Positions 1-10,050 of a stretch of 64,000 nt of DNA are shown here, piece by piece (within the stretch, counting starts at the first letter, position 1; every line of letters starts with the position of its first letter). Location of the stretch: the NCBI GenBank assembly GCA_044892525.1, contig CM097885.1, positions 219,418,001 through 219,482,000 on the forward strand. Reading direction: 5' to 3'. The notes below the pieces were generated by a model. That model was not told where the DNA came from and ran no database searches. It worked only from the letters and a program-made list of their open reading frames with translations. The position numbers were made by a program, and so were the translations under genes. The DNA comes from Schmidtea polychroa (taxonomy: Eukaryota).

Positions 1-429
1 CCATACAGTCTTCCTTGTTTTTGCAGTCTCCATAGCTTTAAATTTAAATGCATATTATTGTAAAATATTTTGTGAATAAAAAATAAAATATAATAAACAC
101 TTACTACACACTTATTTTAAAATACTAGTAATACTATTTAAAATAAGACAACAGCATTCAACTAACTTCAAGACACTGCGCACAATTTAACACCATTATA
201 AAATACTTAAACCAATATTTAAAATAAGATAGCAGTATTACAATGAACTCTAATGTAATTTCACAATTTAAAACGAATTTTTACTACCAATACCTCAAAT
301 TAACACAATTTTCAGAACTTATAATTTTAATTGGTGAATTTGGATAACGGATATGAATTTAAAATATAGTTAAGTTATTTTTCAAGGATAATATTGAAAT
401 AATTTTAAAAGGATTACCAAAATTATCGG

Positions 430-489
430 TAATTTTGTTTCCAATATATCGGTAAAACGGTTAATCGTTAACCGGTTTTGCTTTCCCTA
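430..489. mobile_element. Orphan right terminus of a TAGGG-ended hAT-type element
   Basis: Clustered AACCG/CGGT(T) subterminal motifs end in ...CTTTCCCTA at 489, the same style as the ends at 12905 and 62934. The partner end is not seen. Confidence 0.45.
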
Positions 490-1519
490 GTACGTGGGTA
501 TATTAGTGCTTATTTTTAGCTAATTTTAATTGAAAATTTGCTAAAAAACGTTTTCACTTACAAAAGTTTGAAGTACTGTTAATTATTTTTACGTTGATCA
601 CAGCAGCTATAAATAACTCATTCTTCTTTATTTTTATACAAAATTTAGTTGCGATATCAATTTAGAAGTGTGACTTGTTAGAAGGAAAATAAAATCACTG
701 AAATTGTCAAATTCCTTATATTGCTCTCCAAAGGCGATTATTAATTACTAACATTATTGCATGGATATGAAAAGAAAAATGAACTTGACCGACCAAATAG
801 ATTTCCCCACAATTGACTTGGACCACAAATAACCTTCCGGATAACAAATAATTTTGAAACATTAACTTAGCGATCTGATTTATATTAAATCCATAATCAA
901 TTAAGGCTGCTTCCGTGTGTAAAATATAAAATATTCCTTAATTGTAAATTTCTATAACGATTTTAATTTTCCCCACCAATTTGAAAGTTTATATTAAAGT
1001 TTATATTAAAAGTTTATATTAATCAGTAACCGTAATCAACAACAGTAACAGTTAACAGTAATCAATAACCCGAATGAAATAATATGCTTGTTATAAAGGC
1101 TTCCAAACAACCATTAATTTCTGTAATTTCTGTAATTTTCTAAATTTAATAAATCAAACTAATTATTTAAAGCCTTTATTCGAATTCAACACTCGATAGG
1201 CCCAAACAAAAACAGATGCCGTTAATAAGTTAAAACACAGAAATTCTTTTGTTTTAAACTTTGTTAACATTGAAAATTTTACCAATTTCGTTTTTTAATT
1301 TCATTTATTGAACGAACACTAAAATGGTCATTGCAATCGAGGGTAAAATTGAGTAATTGACTTTTTTATGTATCGATCAAGTGATTTTTAAAATATTCGA
1401 ACTCCTAGTGTTTAAAACATCTATTGTCGATTAAAAATAATTAAGATTTCCAAAACGATATCAAATTTATTTCACAACAACGTTTTTCAAACAAAATCTT
1501 TTTAAGGAGGTTTTTACAA

Positions 1520-1590
1520 GTAAAGATATCAATGTTTTTATTTGATATTCACGAATTTTCGGCACTGCCTTTTCCAAGTGATTTTGATCA
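1520..1590. repeat. Dispersed ~70-bp repeat, second copy at 30084-30150
   Basis: Both sites share the core ATATTCACGAATTTTCGGCACT...CAAGTGATTTTGATCA, with a few differences. Confidence 0.6.
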
Positions 1591-1769
1591 TTATCTATTG
1601 ATTGCAGAAAATATAGGAAAAATAAATATATTTTATTTTGATATTATTGGTTAATTTTAAATAATATTGAATTTTTTTGAGTTTTGAAAATTATTTGATT
1701 CGAATTATAGAAGTTTTAAATATTAAATGTCCGTGAAATTTAAGTTAGTTGAACAATGTTGTAAAGTTT

Positions 1770-2280
1770 GTGTTTTTTTTATAAGAGTTTCTACGGCTAA
1801 TCTTTGCAATATATTTTTGAACGCATCTTGTAGTATTTGTCATTTTGTTTCGGGTAAGAGTGGTGCTGGTTTATGTACTTTTCCCCAGTGTTCATGATAA
1901 TTACTGGTTTTGTTTTTGATGTGTTCATTGAGTCATGTTCGGAATGTTCTGTGTTTCCACTATGTGGTACATTACGTCGCATCTTGTGCAAGTGATTTGA
2001 TACACAACGTTTTTGGAAAAGCGAAAACATTTGGTAAAGAAGCGGCAGAGTCAACCTCGATGCTGTGGATTTTTGAGATTTTCGAAGTTGTGATTTCAAA
2101 GGTGCAGCAGGAGTGAAGGTTGGGTGAATATGTGTCCACCGTGTAGAGTTTTAGTGAATAAATCTGTGTTAGAAGTGAGTGTGTCTGGTCCTTGAGAGGA
2201 ACTTATCATTAAAAAAGAAATTTCACCTTCAGATTTAGGTAATTCAAGAGTGTTGGTGGACTTTGCATGCGATAACAACG
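1770..2280 (-). pseudogene. Degenerate Penelope-like GIY-YIG endonuclease fragment
   Basis: Across frameshifts the minus strand reads KNVVYQITCTRCDVMY..ET / HRTFRT*LNEHIKNK..EHW / ILQD..LQRLAVETLIKK. This matches the PLE GIY-YIG pattern seen more intact at 37.7 kb. Confidence 0.6.
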
Positions 2281-2594
2281 TGGTAACAACCTTTCGCCAA
2301 TTTTAGCAATTTTTTTCTACATGAACCATATAGAATTGAATATTAGATCATCTTATGGGGATAAAATCCTATGTGGAAAAGATATATTGACCTCCAAGGT
2401 ACCTCTCTCCATAGTATCCACGGTAACTCCCCTGAACTATTTAATTATGAAGGCAAAATTTCTTTTTAAAACATCGATATCTTTACTGATTCATAGTCAA
2501 TTTTTTTAATGAATATAATGTCAATTGTTTATTTTAAAATTTCTTTTACTTTAAATTTTATCACGCATTTCCCTCTTTTTAAAGGTTTCAGCCA

Positions 2595-2990
2595 CTATGT
2601 TTCTGATCTTACATTTTTCATTCTAGCTCTTATTTCTCTTAAAGATTTCATATCCTGAACTTTCAAGTCATATTTCATCTCTTTGTCATCCAGCGTATGG
2701 TTTCGATTAACTTCTCCAATTTGTTCCAATAATCTTTCACATTCTGTTGTTTGTAGATCTTCAATTTGTTTTGATGGTTTAAGAATTGCCTTCAATAGCT
2801 TTTCATTGTATCCCTCTTCGGATTTTATTTCAACGATAACTATCTCTATAGTATTTCCAAACAAGACGATTCTAACGAAATAGTATCTCAGATAACCGAT
2901 CAATTTCTACAATGAATTTTTGGATATCTTAACCCAATTTTTGGTTGCTCTACAAAGTTAACCAATCGCAAATCTCTGATTTGATTTTTT
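2595..2990 (-). pseudogene. Degenerate LTR-retrotransposon gag remnant
   Basis: DKEMKYDLKVQDMKSLREIRARMKNV resembles DREVKKEIEMKDLKTSEEIKATIKKL in the gag at 30450, and DIQKFIVEIDRL resembles DLENFIKDCQRF. Confidence 0.4.
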
Positions 2991-3084
2991 TTCAAAGTTT
3001 CTTTTACTTTAAATTTCATCTCATAAACCCAAATAAATTTTGATTGGTTATAAAATAATTATTATTTGAAATCAAAAATTTTAG

Positions 3085-3417
3085 CTGGGCTTTTTCTAAA
3101 TCCTTTAAGCCGAATTGGAGCTGCTGCGATATCTTTTCAATTGTATGGCGGTTTAGTATTGTTTGGGGGGTTTCTCCTCTATGACACCCAGATGGTTGTA
3201 AGGCGGGCTGAGGAGCACCCTCCGCCTAATAAATTTTACAATTTCCAAAATTCAATACCCCTATACGATCCAATCAACAAGTAAGCCAAGCCGCTTTGAG
3301 AAAATTATCTATCATATAATAATCTTCTTTAGTTCAATGAGCATATTTCTGGACACTCTCAACATTTTCATTCGATTGGTCGCCATTTTGGGTATGGGAA
3401 ATAATAAAAAAAGATAA
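3085..3417 (+). CDS. GHITM: Last two exons (3085-3280, 3333-3417) of a GHITM/MICS1-like Bax inhibitor-1 family membrane protein
   Basis: Translation GLFLNP...LYGGLVLFGGFLLYDTQMVVRRAE...YDPIN|NSMSIFLDTLNIFIRLVAILGMGNNKKR* matches the GHITM C-terminus. A 52-nt GTAAG..TAG intron (3281-3332) keeps the frame, and an acceptor TTTTAG precedes 3085. Upstream exons were not found in the window. Confidence 0.85.
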
Positions 3418-4791
3418 ACTTTCGTCGTCGCCATGAACTATATATTCATTTCAGAGATCCATTAAAAATTCATTTGTTACTGCTATAATAACCTCTTAGT
3501 TGCTGTTGTTTGAAAATAAATCTATCGCATTGCGTTTTGTTTTACAGTTTTTACATTTACGAAATATCGTTTTGAATTAATTATTGCTATAATCTGGTTA
3601 GATATCACTAATCTTTTATACAAAGGAAACTAACTCTACCTGTCAGTGATTTTTATTCGCTATTTATAATAGTTGTTTTATTGGATTATAGAGAGAAAAA
3701 CAGAAATTTTCGATTTTATAAAATTAGCCGGAAACGTTATTATCGCTTTTAAACAAAGGAAAATAAAACGCAGATTGACTCAAACCGCATGGAATGATTG
3801 GGAGGTGTTTTCTACATTTTCAGTGGCAATAAGATTTAAACCGTAAAGGACTTTTACTATGGTACTTAAATTATGAGTGTAGATACAAATATCGATATTG
3901 CAACATTTTCTCTATTTGTCAGTTGGGTACTATGCCAATACGAGCCCTTCTACTCCTTTCAAGGTAGTGTTACATAATATGTAAATCTTTTTGGTTAAAG
4001 ATGTCGTTTTAAGTCTAAAAAGTAGATTTAAGCATCAGATTTTAAAGGTAAGCTATATTTAGAGTCATTTAAGTGTTGAACTTAAAGGTTGGAGGGTCAA
4101 AATTTAAAGTAAGTTACATGGGCCAAGATGGGTTAGGTGGTAGTCATTTTATGGTGGAAAATTTTGAGTTTATGAAAGTAGTTTAGGATCTAATTTTAAA
4201 AGTAAGCTTAATTTTGATGCATCAAAGGGTTTAAATGAATGGTTATAAGGATGTGTTGGTGTATGGTGGGGAAGAAAATTATTTACATACGATTTCCAGA
4301 CATACGAAGCCTTATCGTTCCGCTTAGACACCCCCCTTGCATACCCCTAATGATCATACAAATATTCCCACGCGTGAGCCCGTGGTGATGTTCCACGTTG
4401 GTGCTGCCCCACGGGTCGGAAGAGCTTAGCAGGTGAGCCCCTACCTTAGGACTACTCCTAACCCCTCCTCGGTTCGGATTCCATGGTGCCTTAGAAGGAC
4501 TCACCCTTATTCATGCATAAATCTCGGTCCGATCCTGATCCAAGGGAACGACCGTTAGCCTAATTACTTTCCTTTCGCAACGCTATTACATTTATCCTCG
4601 AAACCGAACATATGAAAACTTTATAAAACAGAACCAAACAGAAAAATATATTAACACCGAAAACGAAAATGAAAATACATCATTACACCTGTTAGTACAA
4701 CATCATACGAACAATTAGGATGCACAGTATTGGCGAAGTTTATCAGTCAATTTACGACTCGAAGTACAATCGAGATCAATCGTAAGCCGTT

Positions 4792-5403
4792 TTAGCCAAA
4801 GTTTTCTCCGTCGGCAATTATCTCGTCGATATCGACAGGTAATCTACAGTCTGATATAAATTTGATACCGCTGGCTGGGACAATGCGGAAGACTTCTTTC
4901 GAGGGAATTGAGTGAGTGGTTGATATTTCTTTAATCTTCGAGTGTGCCGCTGATAACGACGTTTCGAGTGCTGCCATTGCATCACGGCGTTTTTGATTTT
5001 TCTCCGCCCTGGTATGTCGCTTTCGTTTTCGCGTTGACGGATTGGTTTCGGTCGATGATGTTGTGACTGGCGCTACGAGAACTGGGGCCAGAATTGGGTC
5101 CGATGGGTCGCCTTTCACTGGTAGGTAGCCCGACAGCAGCGGAGCTGGGATGGGCGGCAGATGCGAGCCGTGCCCTTGACAATTTGAAGTGGACGAAGTA
5201 GATGGCTGGTAATGGAGAGGAAAAACGTTCGATCCATCCAAGACGGGATATTCGCGTACCCGCTTAGCTAATTCTGCCTCCGTGTAGACCTTATGGAGGG
5301 CTTCTGACTGTGCCTTTATTGTGAGCCTTTGACAGCGGCTCTCTTCCAGCAGGCTGTCCTATCAGTGCTCTAATCTGAGGACCTTAGTCCTTTCCTCCTT
5401 CAT
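4792..5403 (-). CDS. 3' part of a split GC-richer ORF (ORF-A), possibly the N-terminal region of a Penelope-like ORF
   Basis: The frame is open from 5295 to 4792 (HKVYTEAELAKRVREYPVLDGSNVF...RKRKRHTRAEKNQKRR...IKFISDCRLPVDIDEIIADGENFG*). The last motif resembles the V.NLS..L....LL.KG.NF motif of PLE N-termini. This copy of the repeated part has TGA TAG at EH**DSLL. Confidence 0.45.
5296..5403. repeat. 108-bp direct repeat, second copy at 10051-10158
   Basis: GAGGGCTTCTGACTG...TTTCCTCCTTCAT occurs at both sites; 104/108 identical by manual alignment. Confidence 0.95.
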
Positions 5404-5589
5404 ATTATTTTTAAAAGCACACTTGTGGATTATATAGATTTAATATTTTATGAAAAAAAGGTTGATGTTGATGAAGTTCGTAAAGCATTGATGGAATTGT
5501 ATAAAGATATTCTCTCAACAAAAGTTTCTTTTGATATCCGAGTATTGGTGCCAGATGGTGCTCAGAAGAATAAAGTCTTATTTTTTTAA
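5401..5589 (+). pseudogene. C-terminal ORF fragment, possibly a Polinton packaging ATPase tail
   Basis: Open frame HIIFKSTLVDYIDLIFYEKKVDVDEVRKALMELYKDILSTKVSFDIRVLVPDGAQKNKVLFF*, with no start, lies directly upstream of the Polinton membrane-protein gene. The similarity to A32/FtsK-like ATPase tails is weak. Confidence 0.3.
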
Positions 5590-5597
5590 TTATTAAA

Positions 5598-6191
5598 ATG
5601 GAAGAAGTAAGAGAAGAAAAAATTTATCCAGAATTGAGATCATCAAGATATTATTCTTCCAAGTCCTCGGCTCCCACAGAACTTGAAATTATGAGAGTAA
5701 AAGAATTTAAATCAGAAACATTACATTTACAAGATTTATTAAAACATTATAAAAAAATTAAGAATAGATGGAATAAAGGGAATACAGTTTTAAAAGTTAT
5801 AGGTTATTCTTTAGGATTTACATCTGCAATATTAACAGTTATTTTACCTATAACTTTACCAGTTTTAACAATAGCACCTGTAATACTTGGAAGTATTTCT
5901 GTAGCTGATGGTTTCTTGACTGAAATAGTTTCATTATCTTATACTTCTAAAAAGAAAAGTTTATATCGTGAAGTTTGTTTATCAATAGAATTAGGAATCT
6001 CTAAATTATTTTTATTTCAATTAAAAGCTTTGGAAGATGGAATCTTAACTGATGATGAAATAATGAAATCAAATCAAATAATACAAGATATTAAAAATAA
6101 TATTAATAGATTAAAAAGTGCTAATGTTATAACTAATGAATATTCTAAAAAAATTAAACGGGAGAAATGGTTAAAGAATTCTTATTTATAA
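5598..6191 (+). CDS. Conserved Polinton/adintovirus small membrane protein (PW/gasderminX-like), 197 aa
   Basis: ATG start and intact frame. Pattern: IYPEL..SAP, Y.K.K.RW, central hydrophobic hairpin (GFTSAILTVILP..PVILGSISVA), then KALEDGILTDDE. This pattern is typical of the ORF found near pPolB in animal Polintons. Confidence 0.7.
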   Translation: MEEVREEKIYPELRSSRYYSSKSSAPTELEIMRVKEFKSETLHLQDLLKHYKKIKNRWNKGNTVLKVIGYSLGFTSAILTVILPITLPVLTIAPVILGSISVADGFLTEIVSLSYTSKKKSLYREVCLSIELGISKLFLFQLKALEDGILTDDEIMKSNQIIQDIKNNINRLKSANVITNEYSKKIKREKWLKNSYL

Positions 6192-6392
6192 AATGGGTGT
6201 ATTTTTAAAAAAGTAGATCAGGTTGCTATAGTTGCTTAAATTAATTGTCGACATTTTATTATTAAAAAATTAAATATCGCTGGTTTCAGTTATGGTTGAA
6301 AGCCAACCTATGAATCATTAATTTATGATCTTTAAATTCTTTATCACTTAGACCTTTTATATATTCAGGATCAGTATTAAAATATTTAAGTT

Positions 6393-9300
6393 CTAAACAT
6401 ATAGGATTAAAAACTTGAGAATATAAAGGCTTCTCGATTTCTCTCCCGAGATAAATGATTTCAACATTATAAATATCAAGATCAGTAATTTTGTATCATA
6501 TAACTTATTCAACTTTTCTAGATTTTTTATTATCGGTATTAAATTATTTCCTATAGGAAGAGTTGTCTTTAAATCACTTAGGATGAATCTCTTATCATCA
6601 TAATTTGATAATGATACTTTTTGAGATTCTATCAAGTGAATATCATGGTTTTCGCTTTTAATCTGATGCACTTCATCAATTTTATCTTTATGATTTGGAT
6701 TCAATGTATCTATATAATCTTGATGAGAAAGATTCTTTGCAACGGATTTCTGTATTCCTTTACATCTGTTATCCTTTACAGGTTTTTCTTCTTGTCCCTC
6801 TGGTCCTTTAGGGAATATAGGATATTTAAATGAAATAATTTCCTCTTTTTCTGGGGTTTTAAATATAATTTCTCGGGTTATAAATTCAGGGTTTTTAAAT
6901 GTTTCGTATGAATATTGTTTAGCACGAATAAATATTCCATTTTCTATAGGAGTAAAAGTTTTTTCATCTTTAAATGAAAATAATTCTCCAGTTGAATTTA
7001 TTAAATTTGAAAGTATAGGATTTTCAGCTATATCTCTTTGTAAATCATGAGTTCTTATTGTTAAAAACATTGAATCTGTATCCATTGCATGCATTGATAT
7101 ATTAGAACCATATATAGGTTGTAAGATGTTATAATATGTTTCATACATTTGTAATTTTGAAAGTTCTAAAATTGAAAACCCTATAAATATTGGTTTGTTG
7201 TATGTTTTCTCAAAACTCTTTAGTTCTATTGCAGTAAGACTTTCAGAAAATACTTGTGCGTTTTTAAATGTAGGCTTTCCTAGCATACGATTATAACGCT
7301 TAATATCTTTGGCAGTATTAGTTAGGAGTTCAATATGAGTATATTTATCAACATTCTCCATTGTCTTCCCAAAGACTGAATTGTTTAAAAGTTTATAATT
7401 ATTATCTTTAAAAAGGTTACCTTCTCTTTTTGCAATGTTTCGACATCTAATGTTCTCCTCGATAAAAGCTTTCATAAATGGCCTCTGTTTAAATCTTATG
7501 ACACTATGAACTTTTTTTAATATCATACATCGTGAAAGATAAAATTGGAGGAGTCTATAGTGACAAAGATAAAACCTTCGATCTGTTTGATCACAAAGAA
7601 GTTTCATTGTTGGGGGTTTATCTTGTGAGATTTGCCATTCAGAAAGTTCGTTGATATCAATCTTTCTTCTTACAGGAGCTAATGGGAAATATCTTGTTCC
7701 TGATTTTATATCATCTGGATATAATAAGTCACATTCTACAAAGTAACCTATTGGATAATCTTTAGGTGTTGAAAGTATTTCTTTTATAAGTTCTTTTGAT
7801 GATTCTATTTCAATGAAATCACCCATTGGTAAATATTGAGTCATAATTCCTGAATATAAAGCTGTTGCATCTATATAAAGTATAAATATAGGATTTTTCA
7901 TTGTTTCTAATATTTCTTTTAATTCCTCATTGTTAATTTTCATATATGGATCATCAGGGTGTTTAGAGAGTCTTCGGCTAGTAGTTATTGCATTTCTAGC
8001 TTTTATTTCTCTATTCCCCATTACTGAAGAGACTCCTCCTCTAATGTTTGTTTTAATTTGGTTAAACATATCGAGGTTAGTTAAAAGATCTATAATTTTA
8101 TCACCTTCTTCTATATTTGAAGTCCAAATGGTATATAATAAAGTATCCCAAGCTAAAGAGGGTGCTGTTATATAATTGTAAGGTTTAAGAACAAAAGATT
8201 TTGTAAATTCTTCAAAGCAATCTGCTAGAATATAAACATCCAAGGATAAATACATACTTGTATATTCTCCTAAAGTTTTACACTTGAATAATTCCCACAT
8301 TTTATTTGCTCGAAAATATTCTTGATCTGTAATATGATATTTTTGAAGTTGTGAAGAGAAATCTTCTTGGCTAGGAAGACTTGTTTCATTATATTTTTCA
8401 AACGAGTCAACATAGTCATAAGGATATATTCCTTTTGCTAAGCACGTAGGATATTCTTCTGGAGGAATATTATTTTTTTCCAAGAATTCTCGAGTGATTT
8501 TGAAATTTTCTGGTTTCATTGTTTTTGCTACTGCATCTAGAGACATTTGGAGAAAGTTTAACGAGTCTATAAATTTTAATTTTCCATATTCAACTGATTT
8601 ATATTTTTCCTTTGTAAGTCCTATAACTTTGAAAGAGTTTTTAGCATTTTCTGCTAAATGTTTAATAAATAGATGTATGTCATAACCAAAAAGATTATGA
8701 AATATAACAGGTACAAATTTAGGAGTATGACAATTAAGATTGCAATTTTTATGAGCTGCTCCTCGATAATTATTTTCCTTTTTTAAATGATCATGATCGG
8801 GGACTTTTATGTTTGAAGATTGTCTTTCATGAAACATTCTTTGTTCTTCTTCTTCAATAGTTTCATTATTTGGAGGTTCCTCAAGGAGTTGATCCTCAAA
8901 TGGTTGTTTACACATCCAACAATTTGAAGAATTTTCATATTCTTCCCATTGTTCGGTTGAAAGGTTTATTTCATATTTTGTTTTTAATACTTTAAATATT
9001 TCATGTTCTAGATCATTTATACTTTTAGTAAAATGATTTAAAACATCTTCTGAAGTTCCTTGAAATGTATATTCTCTAGATTCTATGAGTTCAGGATAAT
9101 TACTTTTAAATAATAGTTTATAAGCAGAAGGTAATTGTTTAGTTTTTTTAACACTATTAGGTTTATTTCTTTTTCTTAGAAAGGCTTTCATCCTCTCTGG
9201 TTTCATCTTCTCTCCTGAGGAGTTCCATGAATCCATGAGTTTATTTTTTTCTATTATTTTTAAATATTGGTTAACCAAATCTTGTTTACGATTTATAGAT

Positions 9301-9731
9301 TCAAAGTCTCCATAAACCACTCCTACTGTTTGTAGTAAATTTGAAAAGTTTTTAAAATTCATCTTGGGATCTGTAGGCATGTTAATTAAAGCTGGTTCAT
9401 CTTTTTCACAAAATCTTGTATGTTTAATCATAGAGTTTTTAGTTGTTGAATAATGAAGACATCTTTTACATGTTCCTCCTCCACTAGTTGGATTCTCTGG
9501 TGATGTAAAAGCTTGAAAGTTTTTTATTAAAACATAATGTTGATTATTTTGTTGTTCCAAGATTAAAAGATATATCTCCCTAGTGTTATCCTGGGGTTCA
9601 TTATCTCTAACTTCATAATCTGAAATATAAATTGGAATAATTTCTCTGCTATTAACATGTTTCCCTTTAACACGTTCATAAATATTAATTTTAAGATTAT
9701 TTAAACTTTCTACAAGATTATTTAAAATTTT
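6393..9731 (-). CDS. Protein-primed family B DNA polymerase (Polinton/Maverick pPolB); frame open for 1112 codons, native start missing
   Basis: Motifs: CKRC..H..C finger; CWMC..DHDH..YRGAAH.NCN (endonuclease VII-like); PVIFHNLFGYD and FIDSLNFL exonuclease motifs; KGIYPYDY; IRGG; YIDATALY; KLLNNSVFGK; MDTDSMF; KQY; KGI; DDKR. No internal stops. I translated the frame upstream of 9560 to a TAA at 9734-9732. Confidence 0.96.
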   Translation of the reverse strand, partial: KILNNLVESLNNLKINIYERVKGKHVNSREIIPIYISDYEVRDNEPQDNTREIYLLILEQQNNQHYVLIKNFQAFTSPENPTSGGGTCKRCLHYSTTKNSMIKHTRFCEKDEPALINMPTDPKMNFKNFSNLLQTVGVVYGDFESINRKQDLVNQYLKIIEKNKLMDSWNSSGEKMKPERMKAFLRKRNKPNSVKKTKQLPSAYKLLFKSNYPELIESREYTFQGTSEDVLNHFTKSINDLEHEIFKVLKTKYEINLSTEQWEEYENSSNCWMCKQPFEDQLLEEPPNNETIEEEEQRMFHERQSSNIKVPDHDHLKKENNYRGAAHKNCNLNCHTPKFVPVIFHNLFGYDIHLFIKHLAENAKNSFKVIGLTKEKYKSVEYGKLKFIDSLNFLQMSLDAVAKTMKPENFKITREFLEKNNIPPEEYPTCLAKGIYPYDYVDSFEKYNETSLPSQEDFSSQLQKYHITDQEYFRANKMWELFKCKTLGEYTSMYLSLDVYILADCFEEFTKSFVLKPYNYITAPSLAWDTLLYTIWTSNIEEGDKIIDLLTNLDMFNQIKTNIRGGVSSVMGNREIKARNAITTSRRLSKHPDDPYMKINNEELKEILETMKNPIFILYIDATALYSGIMTQYLPMGDFIEIESSKELIKEILSTPKDYPIGYFVECDLLYPDDIKSGTRYFPLAPVRRKIDINELSEWQISQDKPPTMKLLCDQTDRRFYLCHYRLLQFYLSRCMILKKVHSVIRFKQRPFMKAFIEENIRCRNIAKREGNLFKDNNYKLLNNSVFGKTMENVDKYTHIELLTNTAKDIKRYNRMLGKPTFKNAQVFSESLTAIELKSFEKTYNKPIFIGFSILELSKLQMYETYYNILQPIYGSNISMHAMDTDSMFLTIRTHDLQRDIAENPILSNLINSTGELFSFKDEKTFTPIENGIFIRAKQYSYETFKNPEFITREIIFKTPEKEEIISFKYPIFPKGPEGQEEKPVKDNRCKGIQKSVAKNLSHQDYIDTLNPNHKDKIDEVHQIKSENHDIHLIESQKVSLSNYDDKRFILSDLKTTLPIGNNLIPIIKNLEKLNKLYDTKLLILIFIMLKSFISGEKSRSLYILKFLILYV

Positions 9732-9798
9732 TTAAATTTATATAATTTAAAATTAATAATCTGATAAAGATCAACTCCGGAGTTTGATTGCGATCAAA

Positions 9799-10050
9799 AG
9801 TAGTGTGTATATAGCCCTATCCCAAATAGCCCTCTAACTTTTTCATAATGCCATTTTCTTTTCTATTCTCTTTTTAGTTTGAAGCTTTTGAGTTTGAGGC
9901 TTTAAAGATTAAGGGTGGTTGTTGTTTAAAATATGGGGTTAAAATACTATAAAAGCATAGGTTTTATGTTGTTTTTCTAATGGTTTAAGCGTAATGGAGG
10001 TATGTTTTTGTTTGGAGGGCTGTTTGGGTTGGGTATATATACACACTACT
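9799..10050. repeat. 252-bp cassette bounded by imperfect inverted repeats starting AGTAGTGTGTATATA
   Basis: Left arm AGTAGTGTGTATATAGCCCTATCCCAAATAGCCCTC versus right arm (reverse complement) AGTAGTGTGTATATATACCCAACCCAAACAGCCCTC: 31/36 identical. Confidence 0.85.

Larger units (their letters stand above)
5404..10050. mobile_element. Truncated Polinton/Maverick (adintovirus-like) element
   Basis: Contains pPolB, a conserved Polinton membrane-protein ORF and an AGTAGT-type terminus at 10050. No integrase, capsid or protease genes remain. Confidence 0.85.

Noticed and set aside
3990-4270. G-rich, C-poor tract as the missing left Polinton terminus
   Set aside because: The composition resembles 9890-10040, but there is no AGTAGT end, alignable TIR or TSD.
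6621-8685. Plus-strand ORFs at 6621, 7930 and 8494
   Set aside because: Antisense shadows of pPolB with no independent motifs. The same applies to most 60-110-aa ORFs opposite transposases.
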